Below are positions 1-11,772 of a stretch of 64,000 bases of DNA, one piece after another (the first letter of the stretch is position 1; each line of letters opens with the position of its first letter). The DNA is from Paraphysomonas bandaiensis (Eukaryota; Protista; Chrysophyceae): NCBI GenBank assembly GCA_965644295.1, contig CBFFRP010000365.1, positions 167,793 through 231,792 of the forward strand, read 5' to 3'. The translations under genes were made by a program, and so were the position numbers. The notes beneath the pieces were generated by a model that was given only the letters and a program-made list of their open reading frames with translations, had not been told where the DNA came from and made no database searches.

Positions 1-674
1 ATAATCTCGGATCACGGGAGGAATTTCCTCTGGAGATCGATATAGCTTAACAGCGAGCATATTGGCACTGTCCATCTGTACATAAGCTTCACCATTCTCT
101 ACCAATCCCTCATACAACCACCGTAGAACTTTCTCCAACATACTCTACAAATCCAATCATAAAGATAAAAAATATTTGAGTACTGACGATACCTTCGAAG
201 AGGGATTGAATAAATACTCGACTTCAATTTCTAATGCTACAAGAGTTGCAGCCAATTTACGTAAAACTGGTTCATAAGGTTCCTGTACATACATCAAGTA
301 TAAAAAACAATCATGTATGTGATGTAGTTAATTACCGTATCAACACACTCTCCAACTACGAATCCTATAGCAAAAGACAGTGTGTTTCTCCCATACTGTA
401 AGCCTTATTATCCATATAGGTATATGTATGTATCATCCCACATGTTTCTACTTACTTTAGCATTCTCAATAGCAACCGAGAAGTTCATAAACTGAATCTG
501 ATCGTATTTAATCACAATAATTTGCTCACATAAATGTTTCCCCACAATCACATAATCAGATACACATTCAAATGATTTTAAAGACATTATCCCATCAGGA
601 TATTGATATAATAATTGTGGACCGACATCATTATCAAATTCTGAATATGTTATACCGATTAGTTGATTGGTCAT
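1..674 (-). CDS. NPRL2: GATOR1 subunit NPRL2/Npr2 (5' part; multi-exon; runs off the window start)
   Basis: The N-terminus YSEFDNDVGPQLLYQYP matches NPRL2 FSEFHPTLGPKITYQVP. Later exons give IENAK|YGRNTLSFAIGFV and EPYEPVLRKLAATLVALEIE, matching IEHKKYSRNALLFNLGFV and EPIVKKLAGYLTTLELE. Short GT-AG introns. Confidence 0.92.
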
Positions 675-1041
675 ATATATGAGGGGGATATGATGGTATT
701 GAGGGGGTGGAGAGGTATGTATGTATGTATGTAGGTAGGTAGGTATGTATTGAGGGAGATGTAAGGAAGAAGTGAAGCATATGATATGATGAAGTTATTA
801 TCTTAAGAACAAGGACTGTGTACTTCATGAGGTGTGGTGAAGTACTTTATTATGGAATATGTGTAGAGTATGGAGGAGAGTACCTACAGAAGTACACAGC
901 CCTCTATGCAGGTACACATATGTACATACATCTCCATAAGAATCAGTCATACAGCAGTACAGTACTTTTCTAGGTACAAATGTACATATCTACAACATAG
1001 AGAAGTACACCTTACCATATACACAGGTACAACTATATCCC

Positions 1042-1219
1042 CATACATACATACATACATACATACATACATACATACATACATACATACATACATACAT
1101 ACATACATACATACATACATACATACATACATACATACATACATACATACATACATACATACATACATACATACATACATACATACATACATACATACAT
1201 ACATACATACATACATACA
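1042..1219. repeat. (CATA)n microsatellite, about 44 units
   Basis: Perfect tetranucleotide array between the divergent NPRL2 and CFAP61 starts. Confidence 0.99.
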
Positions 1220-1462
1220 CTATGATTATGTCCGTTACATTTTCAAGCATATGGATGTATGAATACATTGATAATACGTGCAACTTAACACAATCCTTTG
1301 CATCGATTGATATTGTTATCATTGTTTCATCACACCTCTAGTCACAAGAGTGTTTACTGGCAATCAATCAGTACATCTTGTTCTTAAGTGATTCATATCA
1401 CGTCATTTTGCGGCCGGTACACTGACTCAGTGATTACATAATTAATTATTTAAAGTTCTGGA

Positions 1463-4400
1463 ATGCAAAAAGTTAGAAGTGCAACTATAGAGGATGGTCG
1501 TGAGTTTAATGCCCTCGTTAACTCACTCGGTGGTACAAATCTTTTTCGTGCGCAATTTGGTCAATATAATTTCACGTCATTAATTGAATATGCGCATATT
1601 TCACTTTATCTACCTGCTGACGATGGAACTTGCGGATGTTTTGCAACTTTTACAGATGGTTTGCTAAATGCTGGTGATAATATTTCATTTGATAGTATCT
1701 TGAAGAATCTGAGCGAACTGATGCCTTGTAGAGTAAGTTTTATTAGTTTGAAGTTGACGAGGTGTAACCTCTCTTGCAGGTCACAAACAGTTTGATTCTT
1801 AATTTCTGGGCCATCAATGAAGATGCAGTGGGGTCTAGTGGGGGCTACGATTTACTTCGATATATGTTTAGTCAATGCCCTGAAGTGAACTACGTGTTTT
1901 GGGTGTGTTCTGCCACCACCAACCCTCCGTCGTTTCTAGAGCGCAATTTTACCAAAGTAAATTTGTCTAAACGCACTGTTAAAGAAGAAGAAGATGTACT
2001 AAAAAAATCAGCGGTATATTTCCTTCATCGGTCTAAAGTACTTCCCCAACTTCAAGTAAGAGATGCTCGTGTTGAAGACAACGACGATCTACTACCGATT
2101 TTGCAAAGTAGCAACCCTAATGTTGCCAATGGTCAGGAAGAGTATTTTCTGGCGAATCTCATTCAGTCTCAGGATGATCAGAACAAATTTTTTGTTGGGG
2201 TACATAAAAACCGTCCCGTTGGAATGTTGGCGACTAGTTTGAATATCAACTCTGAACTATTGGCGAGGGTGTTTTCCTTAGAAAAATATACGGGGTTGAT
2301 ATCGTATCCTGATGTTGTTATAAATACCAGACCTCATGTAACACTGCTGGTCGGAGAGCCCCAAGCTGTTCAATACTTGAATTTAAGCAGAATTGCTGAC
2401 GAAAGTATGTGTAATTGGATAGACGGGGCACAAATTCGACAGAGTGATTCGAACCTTCAAGTCTCTTCGAACTTTGCCTCCGCAGTGGCGTCCAAGATAA
2501 AGCTATTAGCCGACAAGAAATCTCAGTCCCGTGGCTGCTTTGTTACTGATTTTCCGCGAAACGAACATGATGCAAGGGCCTTACTCCATTATCTGAGGGA
2601 AGAAAAAATTGTAGTGGATGCTGTAATAGAAGTGCAGGGTGTGGAAGAAGATATTGATCTCGAAGCAGAGGAAGATATTGCTGGAGAATACCTTGATGCT
2701 ATTGAAATTTTACGCGAGCCATTTACCTCTGCTGATGTACCCCATGACGATTTCTTCAACTATAATGTTACTTGGAAAAAGATCAAGCTAGAGGAATCTG
2801 TAGCCTCGCCAGAAATTGCGAATGATTTAGTTCTTGTCGAACTGAAATCTTTACTTGATGGGTATGAGAAAGAAGCAGAAGCATTGGTAAAAAGCAACCA
2901 AGCTGGGCCTTCGACAAATGCATTTGCGATATCACTATTCAGTATGGACGAGAAATTTGAATCAAGGTCTGAGGATTTATTGAGGGTTGCTTTTGAAGAA
3001 TACGAGGGAATAGACTATTGTATTCTCATGGTTCCAAACGCGACAATTCCGTCAAGCGCGTTGACTCATGGAATGCAATGTCCACGCGTTCGCGAGGGAG
3101 TTAGTTTCGACCAATCGCTCTATATCATTCACAGACAAGCGTTACTAGCTCATGATTTTCTTTCTGTAGTAAGACTGGAAGACTCGCATATTGAGTTATT
3201 GGGCGGATTGGTGACAACACTTGATGAAGATGATGGCTCGGATTTATTGGCTACTGCAACAAGATCACTGAGAGATAAAGAAGTTAACCTCGCCAACAAT
3301 CCAGCGGAAGTCTGCTTCTCAGTTGTCATTGGAAATGACGTTGTTGGAGTGGTGTGCTTATCAAGAAAATTGACCACTTCTGAAGATATTACTCATTTCA
3401 GAGAGAATTATCTTCTTGATGATATTATCAGCTACGAACGGCACCGAGGAAGAGCTCAAGCAATGATTACCCATTGGGTTATTAATCCCATTTACTCCAA
3501 GTGGTCTAGATTTATTCTACGTGAAGTCATGAGATACTATCACAAAACACTCCTATATTTTCATGGAGCAAAACAAACTAGGCCGTGCTCTGAAATGCTT
3601 GAAGAAATGATTCCCGTTAGGGTGCGATCTGTGGTATATGCGAAGCCTGCAGATATGTTTGAATCTAAGGACTGCTCTGCGGGTTATTATCCAGCTTGTG
3701 ATCGTCCACTTTATGTCATGATGAAAAAGGATATCGTGCACAGAAAAAACGTTATCGGCAAACGCGTTGTAGTTGTGGGAGGAAATTCAACTGCACTTTC
3801 AATATTAGAACAGATTTGTATGAATGACAGCAGATATGTCAACAATGTATACCTTGTTATGGAGTCACCACCGACTCCTTGGAGATCCTCAACTGCTGAA
3901 AATGAATTCGATGAAAGTAGTGATGTTGCAGATAATTACTCCGGAGCTTTATCCCCGAAAGATATTGATGATTACACAGAACAGGAGTTATTTGCACTTG
4001 GACTGGCAAACCGTATTACTCTTATCCAAGGAAAATTATCTGATATCGATCGCAAAAACCAAGCCATCATTGTTTCTGACGAGGTTATAGTGGAATACGA
4101 TGTCTTGGTGGTAGCGTCAGGGCTGCAAGGTAAGGATTTTTTTTTTCTGTAGTTATGGTTATATTTCGCCTCACAGATGTGACGTACAAGAAGATTCCCA
4201 GTTTGTCATCATTGCATCCAATTTCATGTTCCGACAAAGGTATTTTCTGTTTAGGAAGTTACCATGTTGACATGATGGCGATAAATCACTTGCGAAAGGA
4301 AGGGGAGTATCCCACCAACAAAAGTTGCAGCGATCGTATTGTTGTTTATGGCAAGGGAATAAAAGCATTATGTGCACTTGGACGCCTTGAGGAGCTTGGT

Positions 4401-5877
4401 ATTCCTGCATCAAGAATAGTTTGGGTGAATCCAGAAGAAGGTGTCAGTGAAATTGAAAATGAAGAGGTAAGACTCCATTTAAGCATATTCTACGGTTTTA
4501 GATGTGTTACAGATGAATAAGATTGCCACCACTGGCCTAAAATTCAGTACTGACGATGAAGAAGAATCGCCAGGAACTATAACTATATATTGGAATTCTC
4601 AAATATTAGATGTTGACTATCCTTCTCATGATGAACTCATTGCTGAAGGTGGAACGGGGGTTATTGACGGCCTCAGCATACGCAAGTACCCTCCCAAGAA
4701 TTCAGTGATGGGGCCGAAAGATGAGTTCTTAGAATGCAGTACTCTGATTCTCTGTGCAGACTTGCAGTGCGATGTTGATGTGTTCACGGCTATCAATGAG
4801 TCAGGACTTGTTTATGATGGTGGCGTCGTTGTCGACGAGGTTGAATATGTCACTTGTTATTGTTACCATTTTAATTCTGCTGTTTGTGTACAGAATTTTA
4901 GGACTGTTGACCCTTGCATATATGCGGTTGGTGCATTCAGCCGGTATTCTCGTAGATTCACTGATCAAGTTTCACACAGCAGGTATTATGCCTCTTTGTT
5001 CTAAAACGTTTACTGTTTAAAAAATAAATAAATAGAATTAATTCTCGGGAGCTGGGAGAATACGTCGCTTCAGAAATTATTACAAAGCATTTTACAAGCG
5101 AATCAATATCTGATGATGCGGAATTTCGTCACAATGATACACTGAAGCCTCCATCCTTGACTCGTCCGAAGTTTCACAAATTTCACCGTCCCAAGATAAT
5201 AGATTGTCGATTTCCTGGAAACGTTCAATACTTTTACAGTTCTGTTCCTGACAATGTCCCAAACACGAAGAATGGGTACTTAATCACTGGACCAGCTGTG
5301 GATTTGAGCAGCAGAGTTTGTGGTGTCAAGGTATTTCTCACTATACTACTGTTTTTCTTCCCTCTGTAATAAATGGCTTGCGTAGATTGCACCACTCGGT
5401 TATGTTTCAGAAATTACTTGTTGCCAGTTGTTACATCCTGCTACATCGGCGTATCATCGTAACTTAGCGAAGTATATTGGCTGTCTGGTCGGATGGCACG
5501 AGTCGTACCTTAACTCTGCGGCGTTTGCTTTCGAATCAAACAGTGTACCTGACTGGATAGATTTTTTTTCTGGCGATTGGGTTACATGTCTGAGATTTGA
5601 TAGATTCCCTGCTCTTGCAGAAATGATTCGCGTATCATTATATTCTGATAGAGGAATGATTACTATTATGGATAAAGTCATGGAGAATGCTGAATCAACT
5701 GCGCTTGTGGATGTGATTGCCTCTGCTCGTCGTAATATTTTAGGGGATCGAGCAGCGAATGTGGATGCGAATACCAAAAATGTTGTTGTCGCGCAACTTC
5801 TTGACTTCATAAGAAAAAATAAGGCATATCTGCCGAAGTATTTCTTACCGAATCCTAAGTCATCCAAAAGTTCGTGA
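1463..5877 (+). CDS. CFAP61: Cilia- and flagella-associated protein 61 (multi-exon)
   Basis: Motifs VRDARVEDNDDLLPI, NAFAISLFSMDEKFESRS, RVVVVGG, YDVLVVASGLQ, AINESGLVYDGGVVVD and FRTVDPCIYAVG give the CFAP61 architecture (N-terminal domain plus degenerate FAD/NAD-binding-like C-terminus). ORFs 1463-5877 join through short introns. Confidence 0.92.
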
Positions 5878-6309
5878 ATATAGTAGACGTTGCGATAACG
5901 CCTGTTTTTTCTCAATAATGTGGAGTAAGCATTCGAAAGGAATTAACAGTTGCTTGATAATGAATTATGACTGAATAATGATTACAATAAGTAGATATAA
6001 TACCACTTACTATTTATAATATCCTTGGATATTGTACATTATAGCTAACTGAATGGCCATCATGGCGTTCGATAAATTCTTTTGCCTCAATAGACCCTTC
6101 CCAACTGGGCATTCTCACCTGATAATTCTCTCCATACAGATTGCAGTATTAAAACTTTGCTTTCTTAGTTTCTCTGTTTTCTTAGTTTCATATTTTATCA
6201 TGACGTATGTATGTCAATAATCATAATTGCTACTTGCAGTAATATCTATAATTTCTACAAAAAGTAATGTCTTAATTCTTGCATGCTAAGTACTATTCAT
6301 AATTACTAC

Positions 6310-6695
6310 CAAGGCCTGGTAACCAATAATGGCCCATTAATGGTAGTCCAGTTCCCGGCAATTATAATGACATAAATGAAAAATATCCCGGCAATTATAA
6401 TGGCCATTAATATTGCTCGCTCAGGAAACTATTCTCTAAATCTACAGAGCATTGAGAAGATAGTAAATAAAGTTGCCACAAAGTGTCTGAACATTGTTGT
6501 CTAATATTGCTTAGAGCTTCTTCGGAGTATAGAGGCGATACGATATTATATTATCTAAAAAACACTCAGTTCTATATATAGCAGTACAGGTAATTAATTT
6601 ATACCATTAATGACCCATTAATGGTAGTCCGGTTACCGGCAATTATAATGGCATCAATTAAAAATGCCATTACCATTAATGGTTACCAGGCCCTG
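6310..6695. mobile_element. hAT-type MITE, 386 bp
   Basis: TIR caaggcctggtaaccaataatgg / ccattaatggttaccaggccctg. Perfect 8-bp TSD ATTACTAC at 6302-6309 and 6696-6703. Subterminal repeats ccattaatgg and ccggcaattataatg. Confidence 0.9.
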
Positions 6696-6811
6696 ATTAC
6701 TACTCATTAAGTAACGTACTTTGTTTATGAATTGGTTAGCGGAATCATGCAACCTTTCATTCACTTTACTACACTGTATCCAACATTGTGGTGAATATCT
6801 TATTATGAGCA

Positions 6812-7200
6812 GTCAACGTTACGAAAGATGCTTGTGCGTCACTGCAAGCACCAAGGTGGAACCACTTTTACTCTATCACTTAAAGCAAACGCAGTGAGCA
6901 AACAGAATATCTGACATCTGGTGACTTTTGGATTTTGAATCCTTATGGTGAACAGCCCGCATGCTTGACTTCAGCAGACAGTCCAATATATCCCGGTTGC
7001 CTGTTTATTCGTCAGGGCCCAAAGACACTTATTGGTGTGCCTTGTACCTCACACAAGAATTTGGCTATATAAGTGGACAGAAAACTATTTGGTTACTATA
7101 CATGCGGCTCACGTTATAGTTTCCCGGAGAAATATCTCTGGTACTTATCCCAGAAAACAGTCTGACTTTTTTGCGGGTGTCCCCAACATGGCTCCCCTTT
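6812..7200 (+). repeat. Dispersed repeat copy (family shared with 22960-23365 and 33186-33600)
   Basis: Shared blocks gcttgtgcgtc.c.gcaagcaccaaggtg..accactt, atgcttgacttcagcag, gcctgtttatt.gtcaggg and ggtacttatccc. Confidence 0.8.
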
Positions 7201-7870
7201 TGTCAAAGAAACCCATTCAAAAGTTGAATCTAGAGCACTGTCAATGACAACTTTTACGTGGCTTTAACTATTCAAACATGAGATACCTAGTTTGTTAAAA
7301 AATATCCGAGATTGTCACGTGCAAAACTTCTTCATAACATTATCGAAAAATTAAGTCGAAACAACTCCACCCGATGCTGATGGCGATACCACAACTCTGG
7401 CGGGTTTACACCAGTCATATAGTAAGATTAGAAAAACCACATTGCATTTTCCATATTATTTCGGGATGTCAAATCCAATCCTACTGGAATTGGCGAAGCA
7501 AGAAGAATACCATGGATTGAGGGCTTAGACAAATCAATTGCCGTATATTGATTGCACGAAAACAGTGGTGGAGGACTGGGCTACATAATGGCAGTCTTTG
7601 TATTCTTACCCAATCCTTGTTTCTTATCACTATTTATTTCCTCTTAAAGCGATGAAAGTAATCACTAGAAACTAGATTTGCGTAATCTTCAATGGTTGCC
7701 TTGTGTACCGCAAGTTGATTTCAGTACGCTATACTCACAGGTGAAGAAAGGTAAGACATCCGCAATATGAAATAAGGTTATAAATACTTGAATTATTATA
7801 CTAACCCCACTAATTTAAGAATAGAGCTACACAGTTGGTAAATATCTACATAAATATGCACCAGGTTGGA

Positions 7871-9348
7871 CTAGCTGCACTTCAGTGAGTGTACCACTTC
7901 CTCGACTGGCACAGTCACAGCTGATGAGAGATCTACTCGAATTTCTTGCACAACACACCCCGCACTTCGAGCAGTGCTCAGGAGATACGGTAACACCTAT
8001 ATAGCACTTTGTTATCAGTTGCAGTATATATCATTAGTTGGGTACCGAAAAGTGGGAACTTCGTTCAGCCGACACTGGTTTAAGTAAAGTAAAATGAGCT
8101 CCATCGCTGTGAACAACAATGTCTCGCAATCGATCGCAATCCTACTCACACATATTAAGAATATACTTAATGTACTATCTTTACCTCTCCTGAATAAAAT
8201 GTGGTAAACATAGGCTTCGTGGTTCCAGATATAATGCACACTCTGGCATCATGAAATTCTTCTGGCCATATATACAGCAAGCAATTCGCATCTACGAACC
8301 CTGCATACTGCAAGCAAGAGTTCAATATTTCCTTTTCTAGATCATCTGCAAGGAAGATTATGTATATTATATATACAAATCAAATACTCACCTGAAGTTT
8401 GAGCCACTCGGTCGGCTGAGAAACGCCTGAAGTACACTTGGAGTGCGAAGGGGTGTATATTAAGCGCAACACCCAGATGAATGAAGAAACACCTGTTGCC
8501 TGTTAAACTTGCATGCGGTATTCAATGTATAACACCAACCTATTAGTTTCTACGGCATATTTACATTCCTTCAATGTGGAAGGAAGATTTGGAAGGAAAC
8601 TTGAAAATGACACGTGAAAGTCGTGTCGATAGAATGACATTTGATGCGGAGCTCCGTTACAAAACAGCGAAAATGATAGAAGAGTTCGATGCGGCTGTGG
8701 GATATCAAATCGGCGTATATCATGTAAGGTGTATAAGATCTCGATCTCATATACACTCACGCTAGAGTAACTGTCATCCTTTGATGGAGCCGCAATTTCG
8801 CTTTCTGTATATGTAACAGGATAGCTATCACCAGTGCTGAAACTTTGTGACTCGTCTTCTTGGCCAATTATTTTCAGAGCTTCTTCTAAAGAGCGACTCA
8901 TTCTACCATTATTATCATTGCTTTCATGTTCAAGTGCAATATCAGTCGGTAATTTGTTGCAACAATCAAACTCATCAATCAGATCAATTTCAGCAGCAGA
9001 ACGAACTAGATCCTCCTCATGATCTAATTTCTCTACCAAAGATTCCAAAATTTCAAAAGCACAATCAGTCGCTCGTTTTAACTGTTGTATACTTGATCGT
9101 ATCTCATAGTCTGAACTTCTGTATGATTTATGATTCGGTAGTTTGTCTACAACAAATATAATAAATTGTTTCCAGTATATATACGATCTTGATGTATAGT
9201 TCTCTTTCATAGACTCTGTTGCTCTCTTATATAACTGTTTCGCTTTATCAAAATATCTGTGTATAGGTATTGAGTTCTTTACATCTTCCACCTCATGCCC
9301 AATCATGAGCTTTTGTCTGATCTCATATGAGGAGTTCGATCTCGTCAT
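7871..9348 (-). CDS. USP8-dimerisation (MIT-like) domain protein with putative C-terminal OTU-like cysteine protease (5 exons)
   Basis: The N-terminus IPIHRYFDKAKQLYKRA...SYIYWKQFIIFVVDKLPNHKSY resembles the AMSH/USP8 N-domain. Spliced exons give ETNR|CFFIHLGVAL and DIVVHSDGAHFTLLKP. Stop at 7871-7873. Confidence 0.7.
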
Positions 9349-9831
9349 CTTAATAGAATAAACTATTAATTAAACAATATACTTGTATATATTAATGAGT
9401 GTTTTAAAGGTAGAGATGGAGACTATAATGCCTCACTGTCTGTGTGGGTTATTCCAATGAACGATCTTAGATATACTGTACACTGAGTATGGTATTGTGG
9501 GAAGCAAGTTGTTGTCTGGGTGTGTTATTTTGGTCGTATTGTGATATGAAATGCTAAATTTTAGTTATATTTTTTAGTTTTTCATAGTAAATCAGGGATT
9601 TCTAAAAGAAATGTATGATTTCTATGCACATACTGTGTGTTTTTAGTAAAGTTGTAGCAAAAGCAGTTGATATATACACAGCAGTGGAGTATGTAGTGCG
9701 TATATTTAACCACCTAACAGCTATGGAACTCCTCACTCTACATACTTATATTGATAGATGACAGTACTGCTTCGAACACTGCTGTATATCACATAAATCC
9801 GTCATTGAATTCCATTCATCATAATACTTCA

Positions 9832-11252
9832 ATGAGAAGTATATACGCTCGTAATACCATAGCAGTCGTACTTACCGTCTATCTTCTAGTGGAATGTTGG
9901 TATATCATACACACACGTCATCTATCCGCTATACGTACCTATGAAGTTAATCATATACTATCCTCATGGAAGACTATACAACACACACTCAATGAGAGTG
10001 TTATTCAATCTATAGATCAGAAGGATATACATCATAACACTGTCTCTCCACATCCATTAGATACGAACCGTCTGAGAGGACAACCCCATCAATCAACTGA
10101 TAGAACACCACAGAAAACAAGTCTGAATAGAATAAAAACAACCCATCAAGCTGTTTTATTTACAATGGATTCCATAACATCATGTAACTAGTATATCTAT
10201 CTATGTATTGGTTTGATTATATCAATTCTATATAGATGAAACGAACAGTGCGAAAGGAGGAGCTGCAGGTAGGTATTACTATCTACTAACATCTAGTTCA
10301 TGATATAATATACATACAGGGGAACTGTTGATACGCCATTCTTTAGAACAGGCTTTCCGGGAATTAGGAATTGAATTAGCTGTCAAGAAATCAGATATTG
10401 AATTCATTCAAACTGATATGAGTCAGTATGATATCATCATAGTAGATCCGTGGACATGGGCATCCAAAGGTATGATTCATATTCAATTAGTTGTATTGCG
10501 AACACTGCTATTGATGCGGTTGAATTCAGTGATGACTATATCTAGTAATATCTTGTACAGGATGGGTTCCCAAAAAGGTTTTGGTTGGCCAGGAAAATAA
10601 AGTATATGTATTAGATTTTTTCGGTTCAAAAGAATTACTGAATGCTAGAGGCAAATTCAATATACCTCCAAAGCGATTACTCACTGCATTTGGCTCACCA
10701 TGGAATACCTTTCTCGGATATTATATGAATTCGGATATTATATCAAAATATGCTCGCGAAAAGAAGCCACAAGGGGTTATTTGGGGGAAGGATCCCAAAC
10801 ATTATAAAGACAGCATTCAACTGTTGCAACACGTTGCGGATACTGTGTCGTTACACTCAACTGCCACAAGGAGACTGTTTAAACATAAAAATGTCGTTTG
10901 GCATGGTCATCAGACTGTAGAGTCATGGATGACGCTGCTTGCGGAGTCGAGGTTCTTAATCGGTTTAGGTGATCCTCTTCTCGGCCCCTCTGCTATTGAT
11001 GCAATAGCAATGGGTTGTGTTTATATTAACCCCATTTACGATACGCCTGTACGTGAGGTACATAAAACACAGCATGACTATGCCGTTGATAAAATTGGGG
11101 CGCCGTATGTATGTAACGCTCATTTGAGTAACATAGAAGAGGTTCTTGGTTGCGTAAAGCTTGCGTTGAAGTCAGACTTGAAACCGTTTATTCCACGAGA
11201 TTTTTCTTATGAAAACTATATTGAGCGCGTTCGCAGTATATTTTTAAAGTGA
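9832..11252 (+). CDS. GT18 family, MGAT5 (GnT-V)-like beta-1,6-N-acetylglucosaminyltransferase, type II membrane protein
   Basis: N-terminal TM anchor. GGAAG|ELL, VLDFFGS, SPWNTFLGY, VIWGK, FLIGLGDPLLGPSAIDAIAMGCVYINP, TQHDYA and IGAPYV are colinear with MGAT5 GGPLGELV, VLDSFGT, TPDNSFLGF, LVYGK, FVGLGFPYEGPAPLEAIANGCAFLNP, SQHPYA and IGRPHV. Confidence 0.85.
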
Positions 11253-11772
11253 AACTGTACGTCAATAATAATATATCTCTAATAGTGCTCGCACATTACA
11301 TAAGAGTTTGCCCACATGTAGGGTGTAAGTTATGTGTTACTTTGCATAATTTTCAAATTAAATACCTCATACCTTAAATGGAATAACTTGTAATATATTA
11401 ATAGGATTACGCTTTTACGAAACAAGTACGTATGTGTTTTGTGATGGAGTGCTCTACACGAGTTTTGGTTGTCAATTATGACCGTTACTTGAAGACTACA
11501 GTGGTTATGTAGTTTTAAGCAGTATTATTACATGAATTAGATTATCTAAGATCTGATATTGTCGATTGGTAGTAGGTATGTAGAAATTAATTAATAGCAA
11601 AGTATATAAATATAGAATATCTGACAGTGTAAAGTGTAAAATGCAATTCTCTATTTAAAAACAATATTGACATTAAGTAATATAATATAGGTTGAAAAGA
11701 AATATTTATTACAAATAGCAAATACACAATATCTATTCAAAATTAGAAACAAACAAAAAACTAGAAAGTACG

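Noticed and set aside
870-1322. ORFs of HTYI/MYVC repeats
   Set aside because: These are translations of the (CATA)n microsatellite, which has no stop codons.
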